A stretch of 64,000 nucleotides of DNA, taken from positions 56,048,001 through 56,112,000 of the forward strand of contig OX597821.1 in the NCBI GenBank assembly GCA_951406725.2. Reading direction: 5' to 3'. The notes beneath the pieces were generated by a model. It searched no databases. It was not told the DNA's origin and was given only the letters and a program-made list of their open reading frames with translations. The position numbers and the translations under genes were made by a program. Of this stretch, positions 1-11,899 are shown piece by piece; position 1 is the first letter of the stretch, and every line of letters starts with the position of its first letter. The stretch comes from Octopus vulgaris. Its lineage: Eukaryota.

Positions 1-67
1 CATTATCATCGTCGTCATCGTCGTCATCATCGTCATCGTCATCGTCGCCACCACCACCATCACCCAC

Positions 68-128
<61 letters not shown>

Positions 129-130
129 GT
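1..130. repeat. Compound microsatellite (CAT/CGT)n-(CAC)n-(TAT)n
   Basis: Direct reading; explains the poly-N ORF 60..245. Confidence 0.95.
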
Positions 131-133
131 TAA

Positions 134-352
134 GGCAGCGACCTGGCCGAATCGTTAGCGAGCTGGACAAAATGCTTACCGATATTTCGCCCGTCGCTAC
201 GTTCTGAATTCTAATTCCGCCGAGGTCGACTTTCCTTTTCATCATTTCAGGGTAAATGAAATAAGTACCAGTAAAGAACTGGGATCGATGTAATCGACTT
301 TCACCCTCCTCCTAAATTTCAGGCCTTGTGTCTATTGTAGAAAGGGTTATTA
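134..352 (+). mobile_element. tRNA-derived SINE, family A, monomer with (ATT)n tail
   Basis: Head ggcagcgacctggccgaatcgttagc, B-box-like gttctgaattctaattcc, conserved body gaggtcgactttccttttcatc...aagtaccag, tail ggccttgtgtctattgtagaaagggttattatt; many copies in the window. Confidence 0.85.
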
Positions 353-589
353 TTGTTGCTGTTGCAGTTATTTTATTTTCTATTTCCAAAGTTGTTTATT
401 GTTTATACGCATAACAGATTATACGTTCTGAGTTCAAATATCGCCGAGATCAACTTTGCTTTTCATTTAAACTCTTGGATTCGATAAAATAAGTACCATT
501 CGGAACTATGGTTGATGGCATCAGCTAACTTACTTCCCCATATTTCAAGCCGCGTGCTTATAGTGGGAAGTATTATTAGCATTATTAAG

Positions 590-1210
590 AAGGCTGCGAG
601 CTGGCAGAAACGTTAGCACGCCGGGCGAAATGATTAGCGGTATTTCGTCTGCCGCTACGTTCTGGGTTCAAATTCCGCCGAGGTCAACTTTGCCTTTCAT
701 CCTTTCGGGGTCGATTAAATAAAGTACCAGTCGTGCACTGGGGTCGATGTAATCGACTTAATCCGTCTGTCTGTCCTTGTTTGTCCCTTCTGTATTTAGC
801 CCCTTGTGGGTAGTAAAGAAATAGGTATTTCGTCTGCTGCTACGTTCTGAGTTCAAATTCCACCGAGGTCGACTTTGCCTTTCATCCGTTCGGGGTCCAT
901 TATATAAGTACCAGTTACGCACTGGGGTCGATATAATCGACAATCTGTTTTTCTGTCCTTGCTTGTGCCCTCTGTGTGTAGCTCCTTGTGGGCAGTAAAG
1001 CAATAAGAATCGTTACAGTGTCGGACAGAAGGTACTTCTCCCAGTTATTTACGTTCTGAATTCAAATTCTGTCGTGATTGACTTTGCCTTTTATCCCTTC
1101 AGGGTCGATAAAATATGTACCAGTTGAGCACTGGGGTCAATGTAATCGACTAGCCCCCTCCCCCAAAATGTCAGGCCTTGTGCCTATAGTAGAAAGGATT
1201 ACTATTATTA
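590..1210 (+). mobile_element. Family A SINE tandem: head + two ~185-bp units, followed by an older degenerate copy
   Basis: tatttcgtctg unit starts at 641 and 826; junction aaagaaatagg|tatttcgtctg. Confidence 0.85.
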
Positions 1211-1639
1211 TTGTTATTGTTGTTGATGTTGGAAATAACAAATTTAAATTGGTAGCATGATCCGTTGTTGGTGAAAATATTCCGTAAGCGCCAGGAATGT
1301 TTTATAGCGCTGGTTCCTTAATTGATAAATAGGTTAGAATGGGTTAGAACAAAAATAAAACAACTGCTATAAAATCTGTAGAAACACGTTCCAACACACG
1401 CAATTCCACATGGATACAGACGTATTCCTTTACAGATAGATATGCGTGCGTCACACCTTGAACGCTACACCCCGCCCTTCTTGACACACGGATACCTAAT
1501 CTAACAGTTTAAAGTGTACAAAATACCATCAAACTGTTACATAAAAGCTTATATTTTGGCAGCAATATATTCATAATGTTATTTCAATCAACGATAAGCT
1601 ACACTTACTTCTAATTTAAGCCGACATCACTGTTCTATA

Positions 1640-2340
1640 ACAGCTGGTAAATAAATACTTTATACACCAGGAAATGTAGATAGCTGATAAGATCCTCATA
1701 GATTTCTTTTTCAAAGATGAGTCCACCTAATGACTTCAATATGTCTTGTAAGGTTATTTATATATTGAATATGACTTCTTGCTTTACCTGTGAAATTTCT
1801 AGTAATTTTGAAGACTATAAGATTGCTGGAAGTTTATAGAGAGCAATGAAGTACACGATTTCTTTTGAAATCATATGTGGTATCTATAATAGCTTACATC
1901 TTCGATTTCATTCCCTAGTTTATCAATCAATCGCCATACAAACAATGTATTGTGCTTCCAATAGACTATGGTTTCGATTTCGCTCCATGAGGTATAATGT
2001 TTCAAGCATAGATAGTAGCAGAACAATAAATGTTTTATTTTGCTTTTTGCGTGTATCAAAAGGTAGCGTTCCAGCATTACTATAACTATGATAGCTGAAG
2101 TTTTAAAGAGCGCATATAGCAAAAGATAAGCAAGACTAGATTACGATACAGTTTCAGTAACTGACTCGAGCCTTTCCACTTCACTTAAACCAGTAATAGT
2201 TTCGTTGTGTAACAGGACTATGTCTAAAGGCGTCCACAGATTATTACATTGTCCAAATGTATAATCAGTTGAAGATATTAGAATGTAATTTGAGTGAGGT
2301 ATGATTATTAATTCCCAAGATCGATGACCGAGCGTTATTG
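1640..2340 (-). mobile_element. Very old RLE-type (Hero/R2-like) non-LTR retrotransposon C-terminal relic
   Basis: ORF 1871..2122 contains FCYYLCLKHYTSW...YWKHN, resembling the CxxC...HIL..C...Y.WRHN zinc-knuckle region; heavily decayed. Confidence 0.3.
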
Positions 2341-2799
2341 ACTTACCATTAAAATAAACAAAAGTAACAGCCAGCACCAACGAAAACAGCAGCTACCTCC
2401 CCATCCATCCCCATGATAACAACAGCAATAAAGAGAACATCGCTACCATCCGTAACAGAATATCCCAAACCCAACATAACAACACAAAACATACACCTCC
2501 TTAATTCAAATTAGAGTCAGATATGTCCTGTAACGACAGTAAGAAAGAGGAACAAAGGAAAAATTATCCCTGGAAGAGGGGAGAGGAAAAAGGAAAAAAC
2601 AAATCTGTTTTCACAAAAAAAAAGATGTGAGACTGGTTGAGAGCAGAAAAACTCCACAACAAAACATCAACTCCAACTTCCCCACCACCGCTACTACCAC
2701 AACACCAATAGGCAACACAAATGTTAAAACCCAACAAGCAAGTGCAGAAGAACTAAGAAGTGAGGTGCAAGGGTGCCCAGTCTCACTCAGAAACAGGTC

Positions 2800-3530
2800 A
2801 TGAGAAAACAATTCCTGAAGGATCGGGTAGAGTTACCGAACAGCAACATCCTCTCCGTCATCTATTAACTCTTGCTTGTCGTGCCATAACTCTGGTTGGA
2901 TAATCTGCTATTTGTCTTTTTGTGAAAGGGTCGCATTCTACACCAGCTGAGTGGAAAACTGTGTATGCCTCAGCTGTTGATGCGCATCCATGCACTGAGG
3001 CTGTGACAATTTTAGCAAATCCACAGGTGTGGTTGAGTTTTCCTACAACTCATCCTTTGACAAAGCTGCAGTCCTGGGTCAGCCAAAGACTGTAACAAGG
3101 TGTTTGGCGTCTGGAGTGTCATCAAATGCCCTCGACCCTCCACCAGTTGGGCAATGTGTTAAGTAGAAGCACCATGTTAATGTCTAGAGAAAATTAGCGA
3201 TAAGCAAAGTGATGTCGGTCTCTGGAAGCTCTGGACGTTGATGAAAATCGACTGGCTGGTCTGTTTCGAAGGGCTTTCAGGCCAGGAAGAAAGACTGATT
3301 TCCAGATATCCCAAGCATTGCAGTGCTACTGAGAAGAAACATCACCAGTTCGAGGTAAGCTCTATAAACACGAAAGTGCCATCACCGGGTTTGTCTGAAA
3401 TGTGCGAAGAATGATGTAGCTGTTCTGTATGCTGTCGTCCCCTGTCTGAGTATTGCTGATTAGTTGAGCATCTGCTCTCACGAGTGGGGACAAGATATGG
3501 TCATTAGATACTTCTATTGGTAAGATCATC
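2800..3530 (-). mobile_element. Decayed I-group (Ingi/Vingi-like) LINE fragment
   Basis: Minus strand reads KLNHTCG..., CASTAEAYTVFHSA, resembling the KLAGTTWG...STAEY..PVW motif downstream of the RT domain. Confidence 0.4.
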
Positions 3531-3565
3531 CCACTGCTGAGTCAATGTAATCGATTTACTCCTCC

Positions 3566-3883
3566 GTGGAGGCACATGGCCTAGTGGTTAGAGCAGCGGA
3601 CTCGCGGTCGAGGGATTGCGGGTTCGAATCTCAGACCGGGTGATGTGTGTGTTTATGAGCGAAACACTTATGCTCCACGCGTCTCTGGCAGAAGGTAATG
3701 GCGAAACCTCTGCTGACTCTTTCGCCACAACTTTCTCTCACTCTTTCCTCCTGCATCTAGCAGCTCACCTGCGACGGACCGGCGTTCCGTCCAGATGGAG
3801 AAGCTATACGCCAAGAAACCCGGAAACCGGCCCTTATGAGCCAGGCATGGATCGAGAAGGAACCAATATAATGAGATAAAAAA
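3566..3883 (+). mobile_element. tRNA-derived SINE inserted into the 3' part of a family A SINE, 12-bp TSD
   Basis: A box tggcctagtggttagagc, B box gggttcgaatctc; TSD atttactcctcc at 3554-3565 and 3884-3895; A-rich tail. Confidence 0.85.
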
Positions 3884-4439
3884 ATTTACTCCTCCCCGTC
3901 CTTAAATTGCTGGTCTTGTGCCAAATGTTAAAACATTATTATTAATTTTTTTGCTGTTTTTCGAGAACCTTTGACTAAGCTGTATTTCATTGACTGAGAT
4001 ACTTTTTGATGACGTCCTTTCTTTTAAGTCATCCGCGTCCCCACAAAAGGCTTTCAAGTTATTAACATGCCTTTTGTCCCTTCAAAAATATCTATGAAAT
4101 TTTGCCTCCCTAAAAGAAACTTATATCAGTCATTTAACTTTGTCACCGTTGAGTTTGTTAGTTGTTTAGGACTCCACTTTTAAACAACTTTATTTCATTT
4201 TTCCCGAAGATTAATATTTGGATGCTAACTTTTTAAATTTTGCTCGCAAAGTTTTTCTCTTCGTTCTTCGTCCAAAATAAGTTAGATAGCAAATATATTC
4301 ATTATTTTACTTCCGATGTGCCTTTGAAAGCTTTATCTTTGCGTTGAGAAGGAATACAGACACTCATACACATACATCCACACACACACACACATACGCA
4401 CACACACATACACACATACACACACACACACAAAATAAT

Positions 4440-5130
4440 CAAAAGCAAATTATATAACATAGAATACTTACTGTTTTATTTTCTATTTCGTATGATTTCT
4501 GTATAAATAATGACTTATGTCCTATAAAGGAGATAATATTTTGGATTGATTTTTAATACATCATTAAGGAATTACTAAAATAGAATTTTATGACAAAATG
4601 TGAAAGATCAGCCAAAATATTGTTTGATGAATTGTCAGCTTTTTTAAAGTTTCCCTCACGTCTCTCAGAAATTTCCTCAAATCTTCAACTTTGATATTTG
4701 AAGCTCATGTCCAACTATATCCTTTCAGTATATGTTTCTAACACAGAAAGATTTATGAAACAACTACTATTTTCTCTTCTTTCGCATTTTTACCATACTG
4801 ACTCCAGGAATAATAGCGCTGCAATGAAAGGTAACCTCTTCACCGCACACATACATCATCTTAATAGCTATAACATTAAACTCAGTCCATATAGTTATGA
4901 ATTGCAAAATAGTCAAGTACTTCAGTTGCATACAGTGTTAAGTTGAATTCCTTTTATTTTGCTTATTCAGAAGAGGAACTATGTCTCACAGATCTCATCA
5001 ATAGTTGTTATCTTCCATGAATGGGTACGTATGGTGAGAAGTTCATTAACTTGACCCTGTAACTAAAGATGGGTTTCAGGAAGGGACTAAGCTATAGAGT
5101 TTGATGTAATATTTTAAAGTAAGGATGAAA
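4440..5130 (-). mobile_element. Very old non-LTR RT relic (Hero/R2-like)
   Basis: Minus strand near 5010-5035 gives TIR/PFMEDN, resembling the PIRAFMDD catalytic motif, with a frameshift. Confidence 0.25.
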
Positions 5131-5156
5131 TATTTCATACAAGTCATTATACATAT

Positions 5157-5317
5157 GCACAGACGTGGCTGTGTGGTTAGAAGTTTCATTCCAAACCGCA
5201 TGATTCCGGGTTCGGTCCCACTGCGTTGCACTACAGGCAAGTGTCTATTACTATAGCCTCGAGCACAAACAAAGGCTTGCGAGTGGATTTGGTCAATAAA
5301 ACTGAAAGAAGCCCGTC

Positions 5318-5354
<37 letters not shown>

Positions 5355-5548
5355 ACCTCGTCATCGCTTGCAAACCGGTGTTTATTTGTTTACATCCCCG
5401 TAACTTAGTAGTTCGGCAAGAGATTCCGACAAAATAATTACCGGGCTTTAAAATAGTAGTGGAGTAGATTCATTATACTAAAATTCTTGTAGGCGGTGCC
5501 CCAGCATGATTGCAGTCTAATGACTGAAACAAGTAAATGGTAAAAGAT
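5157..5548 (+). mobile_element. tRNA-derived SINE family B with internal (TG)n
   Basis: gtggctgtgtggttag...gggttcggtcccactgcg...ggcaagtgtct (CORE-like), tail gcagtctaatgactgaaacaagtaa. Confidence 0.85.
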
Positions 5549-6208
5549 ACGTATTTTGGGATATGCATCTGGTAAGAAGCGAAAAACTTTGGTCTCGTTT
5601 CAAGTACTAGATCGACATCCAGTTTCTTTTCTGGTTCATTGCTCAACACTGCAAATTAATGAAGGGTATATTTCTAACATCTACAAACTATTTGGAATTT
5701 AGGAATAGTGCCATCTCACTCTTCCATTACTTACAATAATGAACTTGAAATTACATCATTGCACTTATTTATATCCAGATAGCAGAACTGTGTCTTCAGT
5801 CAAAGAAAATGTGAGGAATCAGCCACCAAACATACCATCAACATTTCGTTTGATATACCAGTATTTCTTCCGACTACATGTAGAAAATACTGTCAATATG
5901 TTCATTATAAACGCTCTAACTTCCAGTCGGACAAAAGTATTGAGTAGGCAAGTCGTTAGACGGGTGGTTCATGGATTTTATGTGCAAATGCAGTATAAGT
6001 GTTCAAATCCATTGAAAGTCATTAGTTATATTTATTGACTTGGTTTTTGGTGTAAAATAGCTTTTCATGGTAATTATACGATTTAATAGTATACCAAGAC
6101 TAGGATATACACTCACAGTTAAATAGAATATGCAATGGCGACGATATGATCCGAAACTCTGATATCTTGGAGTTGTTCCTACCCCTCCATTATCTCATCA
6201 ATAACTCA

Positions 6209-6796
6209 TCTAATCTATAAAATAAAGAAGGCGAACGTTGATACAAATTGGATTGTTATATAAAAAAGGGTCTAAATGGGGCTGGAAAGGGATTAAAATT
6301 TACAGGAGGGTAACTTGAGGTGAGAAATTGATTGGGAAACGTTTTGGGGCGCTACAGTGGTTGCTTTGGTGAGTCTACTATCCTGAGATTCTATCCCTTC
6401 AAACTTTGGTTTCCAATATTTTTATTATTTTTTTTCAGTTCGCCAGTTCGTCTGTCTCTTTTAAATGTTAGTGTTTTGCTGTCCGCCTTGAAGCAGACCT
6501 TTCCGTTGTCACTGCCTGATATTTATGATTGATCTATCAAAATATTTTCTTTCTCAACTTACTCAAGATCTTTTGTCTTTTTATAAATGGGAGAGAGATA
6601 GATAGATAGGGAAAGGTAGAGAGTAAGAGAAAGCGAGGGAGAGTCCGAGAGAAAGGAAGAGTAAGAGAGTGGGAAAGTGAGAGAGAAAGTAGAGAGAAAC
6701 AAAGAGGGAGAATGTGGCGATAAGAAACAGAGAGGAAGCAACGGAAAGTAACAACCACACCCTCACCCGCGCGTAGAGCGGGTCACCTTAAGCTAG
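6209..6796 (+). mobile_element. Non-autonomous Helitron
   Basis: 5' A|TCTAATCTATAAAATAAAG; 3' hairpin acccgc(6765-70)/gcgggt(6778-83) followed by CTAG|T at 6793-6796; internal GA-rich tract; no TSD. Confidence 0.8.
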
Positions 6797-6799
6797 TTT

Positions 6800-8150
6800 T
6801 CCAATACAATATACTAGATAGAGATGAGTTGTTTTGAAAACTTCAATAAGTATTCAGGAAGAGGACAATCGAATTTATAAAGAATAATTAAATGAATAGA
6901 AAACTGATGAATGATAAGAAATGTCTTCATTGGAACTAAAATGGTACAAACTGTCCGCGGAAATTGAAGAGTACATATTTGCTCTATATTCATGATTGAG
7001 AATAAGCCAATTTCCAGGAATTCAATTTCTTCAAGCTCGCAACATGAACACTTTAATTTCGTAGATTAACACAAAAGCAACTTTATGTGCTTCTGCCAGG
7101 AAGAAAATCTATTAATGACCTTTAACTGTCAAATATTTTAAAGCTTCATTCTGTGTTTGATTCCCAACGAATTCAGCATTTCACGTTGTTTAACCTTTTG
7201 CAATCCAGTTCCACATCCACGCAAAGATTGACGTAATTTTGCTCATAAACTACGCCAGAACACCAACTGATATTGAAAATACCACTTTACAATAGTTCTT
7301 CGCAAATGGCATATCAGTTAAAGTTTAGATTTTAAATAGTGAATTACGGCATAGCATGGTAAATTGGTAGAAACGGTAGAGTGACACGTTATTTTGCTCA
7401 CAGTTTTATTTAGTTTTACTTTCAATGCTCACATTTAGTCGAGGTTGATTTACATTTTATCTATACAAGAACGATAACGTAGTACCAGTAATATACTGAA
7501 TGATTCAGTCCAATATACTTCAAACTTAATAAAGTTAATACGTTTTGTCAAAATACGAAATCGCTATATGAAGGAAAAAAGTAGAAAATTTAGGATATCC
7601 AAGTCATTCTTAAATACAGTAGCAGCGAAGTGTAACAGCTCCTTTTGAGAATTGTAATCATGCTAGTAACATTAAAAACAAATTATTAGTGTCAAACACA
7701 GTAACACAAGATGCAAATTCCCAGCAAGATCCATAACACAATTCTGATCCCTGCTTAATACTTCCGAGAAAGATTCTAGCCACATCTTATCTAATTGTGC
7801 TTTCTTTCAAACATGGAGCTATAACTGTGACTGGTGAAAAATAAACTGCGAAGTCTTCTGCTATTATTTCATGAATACCGCAGATCAAGAGAATATCTGT
7901 CATTTAAGGGATCTCTCGATGCAATTGGAATTCCTTGTTGAATCGCTTGGTATAAAGCATGGATGTTTATTTCTTGAGTTTGTTCAATCAACAATTGAAA
8001 ACCACAGTCCAAGAATGAAAGAAAAATTGTTTATAAACAAGTTTATGGACAGTTATTGGCAAAATCGTTACTGCTGTGATTATGAAACTCGTTTTGAAAT
8101 CACACGGTACTGGATTTGATCACATGAGTTGATTAATGTTTTGTGGATGA
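6800..8150 (-). mobile_element. Very old non-LTR RT relic (Hero/R2-like)
   Basis: Minus-strand remnants CFIPSDS and CVMDLAGNLH resemble ..FIPK.. and VWLDLANAYGSVPH; many stops. Confidence 0.25.
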
Positions 8151-9377
8151 AATTTAAGACAGAGGAAAAGTGTGCGTATGTTTGTTTATTTGTGTGTGCG
8201 TGTGCGCGTGAGAGAGAGAGGGAGGTTGGAGCGAGAACCTCCCCAGTGCATATTAGTACAGATTATAAACATCAACGAAATTCCTTGTTAATATTTGTTC
8301 GCATTTGATTATCGGAAATGCAGTGAACCAGTGCTTGGTTCGTCGGATGGACATTACAACTACACTAATGTTCCCGATTAGACCCTTCCCAACCACCATA
8401 AAAAGAGAAAAATCTTAAGTCATCGGAGAAAAAACAACAGTTGTGTTGGTTTAATGTTTTAAACCTAATTTTCCATCACTTTCTTCATTTTGCTCTGTTG
8501 TCCAATCTCAAATATATAAGAAGTATTTGTTTTAAACTTGATAACATAAAACATGTGACAAAATTGTCACATATTTTCTGAATTTATGAATAGGAGAATA
8601 GCAACGTATAAATTCCATACTTCTCTTTCAGAGCTTTAACAGCAAAAGATTTGGAATGAAATTTCGTTTCAAAAATATCACAAGTTTATATCACAAAAAT
8701 ATCACAAGTTTACGTATTAAAACTTTTACCTATTAAAACATTTAACTTAAACATTATTTGTTTACATTTAAACAGTTCTTGAAAGCATTGATTACTGACG
8801 ATGAATGCTTTCGACATTTCTGCTTTTCTTGCTATGCTTTTAGGCACGATCAAAGCAGGTGCTTTTAGACAAGATCAAAGCATGGACTTTAAATTCGTGC
8901 CCTTGTATGTGATGGGGAATTTGTTACGAACGTGAATGACAAGGAGAGGGCAGTTCAGCTGACTTTCATGGCAGTGGTATAAATGTATAAAACTTCCTTG
9001 ATTATAAAAATAAAAGCAGGAAATTATGAAATTGTTGTTACTAGAAGGCTGTTGGCTTTTCACGATCTTGGTGCAACATTAGTGTAACGCTCCGTTGTTT
9101 CTTTACATTTAATGTTAGTTGTACAAATATTAACAAAATATGCCGTGAATATTCGCTTGAATCGTTTCAAGTTGGCGGCTTAAAAAACAAAAGAAATACA
9201 GTGTGGAAATTCAGTGTCTCAACATTGTGTTGAGGAAGCAATAGGTTAGTGGTTAAGGAAAGGGCACAACATGTTCGACTAGGAGAAGGAAGAGGCGTCA
9301 AATACCTCAGTGGTGACAGCACATCAGCCAACAAACTGGTTGATACTAAACCTGTCCTTTCCTTGTAATACATGTGC

Positions 9378-9477
9378 CTGGTGTACTCTTATCGGACAGG
9401 TAGTAATGATGGGTATATATTGGGTTTCGTATATTTGTAGCCCAGTGTCACTTTGAAGGCATGCGTTGCTCTGTAAC

Positions 9478-9525
<48 letters not shown>
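9378..9525 (+). mobile_element. 3' end of a SINE-like repeat with long (TAA)n tail
   Basis: cccagtgtcactttgaaggcatgcgttgctctg followed by (TAA)n at 9479-9525. Confidence 0.55.
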
Positions 9526-9526
<1 letters not shown>

Positions 9527-9559
9527 GGCATGATAGAGCTGCACAATATATATAAATTC

Positions 9560-10008
9560 ACTGGGTAATTTGCAAAAACCTGGAAAACGGACAGAAGCTG
9601 AAGACTAAAACAATACCTGTTGTCATAGGTGCCCTGCGAATGATAGCGAAAGGGTCTGATTGCTACCTAACTCAGATACCAGGAAACCCCAAAATGGCAG
9701 AAATTCAAAAGATAGTGCTCATGGGAACTGCTCATATCCTACGCAAAATACTCTCTATGTAATCCCAAGGTTTAAAACAAACTTTTTTTATTTAATTAAA
9801 AAAAAAATGTTTTCTTTTTAAAATTTTATTTTTATGTATTAGACATTCACTAGTACAACACCAAAAAAAACAAAAAAACAAAAAACATCCCAAATATATG
9901 GCACAGAACTTCCAACCTGTTGTCTCTTGAGGTCTCTGGGTGAGACTTGGAGCCAACTTGTACAGACATAAAGCAAAAGTCAAACATAGAATAATGATAA
10001 TAATAATT
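9560..10008 (+). mobile_element. R4/Dong-like LINE 3' end
   Basis: Encodes LKTKTIPVVIGALRMIAKG...IQKIVLMGTAHILRKILSM*, then a 3' UTR and (TAA)n tail. Confidence 0.8.
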
Positions 10009-10009
10009 A

Positions 10010-10880
10010 AGGATTACAGAAATGCCTTTTTTAGAAGCAAGGAAAACTAATACAAATAGCCACAAAACACGAACAAACAAAAACTGTTTCAGTTTTTAAG
10101 GAAGCTGACAAATACAAAATAGAAGTCAGAGTACCTAACAACTATGAAGAAAAAGAACAAGTGAAATCCAGTCTAAAACTAGAACATCAATTGATCATGA
10201 TAACACGATGGCAAGAAAAGCCCTTCATGGCAAATACTTGGTTAAACTAAACAGAAAAGAAATAGACAAATCAGAATCCCATCAATGGTCGAGAAGCTCA
10301 AAGCAGAGACTGAAGGTTTTTAATTGTAGGACAACATCAAAAGCTTCCCACCGGAAATCACCACATGCATATAAGGAAAAGAAATGCAAGTAACTGCAGA
10401 ATATGTGGATGTGGAGAAGAAACAATAAATCATATTGTCTCTGGTTGCCCAGTCCTGGCTAAGAAGGAATATATTCACAGACACGACAGAGTTGTGGCCT
10501 ATATACACTGGAAGCTATGTCAAAACTATGGAATAACAACAGAAAAAATATGGTATAAGCACACGCCAGAACAGATCACAGAAAAGGAGAAAGCAACCAT
10601 ACTCTGAAATAGGCCAATACAACATACAAATAGACACATTAAGGCCAATAGGCCGGATATAATTGCCAGAGGTCACCAAGAAAAATATTCTCACTTAACG
10701 ATGTATCAATATCAACAGCTGACAATATTTCTCTAAAAGAAACGGAGAAAGTTTCAAAATACAAAGACCTGGAAATAGAGGTCACTTGAATGTGGAACCT
10801 AAAAACAGAAACAATTCCTATCATAAGTATGATAAAAAAAAACATTTAAACAAATACAGAACAAAAACACCAGGACTTTA
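10010..10880 (+). mobile_element. R4/Dong-like LINE fragment (CCHC zinc knuckle + RLE endonuclease), frameshifted
   Basis: KALHGKY...; CRICGCGEETINHIVSGCPVLAKKEYIHRHD; IKANRPDII; KETEKVSKYKDLEIEV. Confidence 0.85.
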
Positions 10881-11899
10881 ACTGCGAACAAGATTGCCTG
10901 GTAGGAATTGTAAGGGTGATTTATATGTTTGATATTCTGGGAGAAACTTTCAATCAACGTGTTTTACATTAAGTCTGAAGGAGAAACAAAAGAAAGAATG
11001 AAAGAAGGAAAGACTGATGCATCGAATAGGTTTAGATAGAAGAATGTCCCAACGTAGCTTGAGTCGTTATAGCAACGGTAGTGACGAAAATTGGAGCGCA
11101 GCATGCATCATTGAACTTATGGCTGTAGTGTATTTGCGAGTGACGTTTTGACTATCCATAGCATTTGTACATCATCGAGGATTAGAAATTATTCAGTGCC
11201 AAAGTTCTTTTCGACCTTGAAGAGATAATAGAGCCTTTGAGAAATAGTTTTGGCTAGCTTACAAATATTTTGTTGCCTTGAAAGTTCAGCTGGAGCTGTC
11301 ATACTGTAAAGTATTTCACTCTCCCAAGTAATTGCATTGTGCTTATTCAGGTTGCTGGTAATTGTAATTGTGAACATGACTGATGGATTTTTGTTAATAA
11401 AAACAGTGTGTATAATTTCGAGACATCTTAAAGAAGGTAAGATTTGTGTAGTGTAAGATACTATTGATGTCAGACAGTAGATTTCGCTGTGCAAGAAAGA
11501 ATTTGTTACATCGATATCAACACTTATTCTTAACTAATTTGATTTTGATGAATTCAGTGTGAAGTTAGTTTTCCTCTGTAAGCTCTAGATCTTTTGAAGT
11601 TCAGCACTCTATGTTTTCTTTTGTGAAATTTGGACGATTCTCGTATGATGACATGACTCTTCTGAGAATATATTGTTATACAATCTTAAAATTAGGCTCA
11701 AAACATAATTTTTGTGTAGTAACAAAAACGTGTAGGGGCATCATAATATGCATTTAAATTGGTAAAGGACACAAGAAAAGAAAAACTCTCTTGTTTGGAG
11801 TAAAATGTGTCACCACTTTTTAAATTTGAAACATTAATCCGTTACAGTCAAATATGAGTAAGCATTAATCCTTGTTACTTTAAAATGACATATATTTCG

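Noticed and set aside
739-826. Possible HDV-like ribozyme in the family A unit (ggggtcga pairing with ttagcccc)
   Set aside because: I could not build P3/P1.1, and the would-be catalytic C varies between copies (gggcagt/gggtagt/gggtaat); only an Infernal search or cleavage assay could revive it
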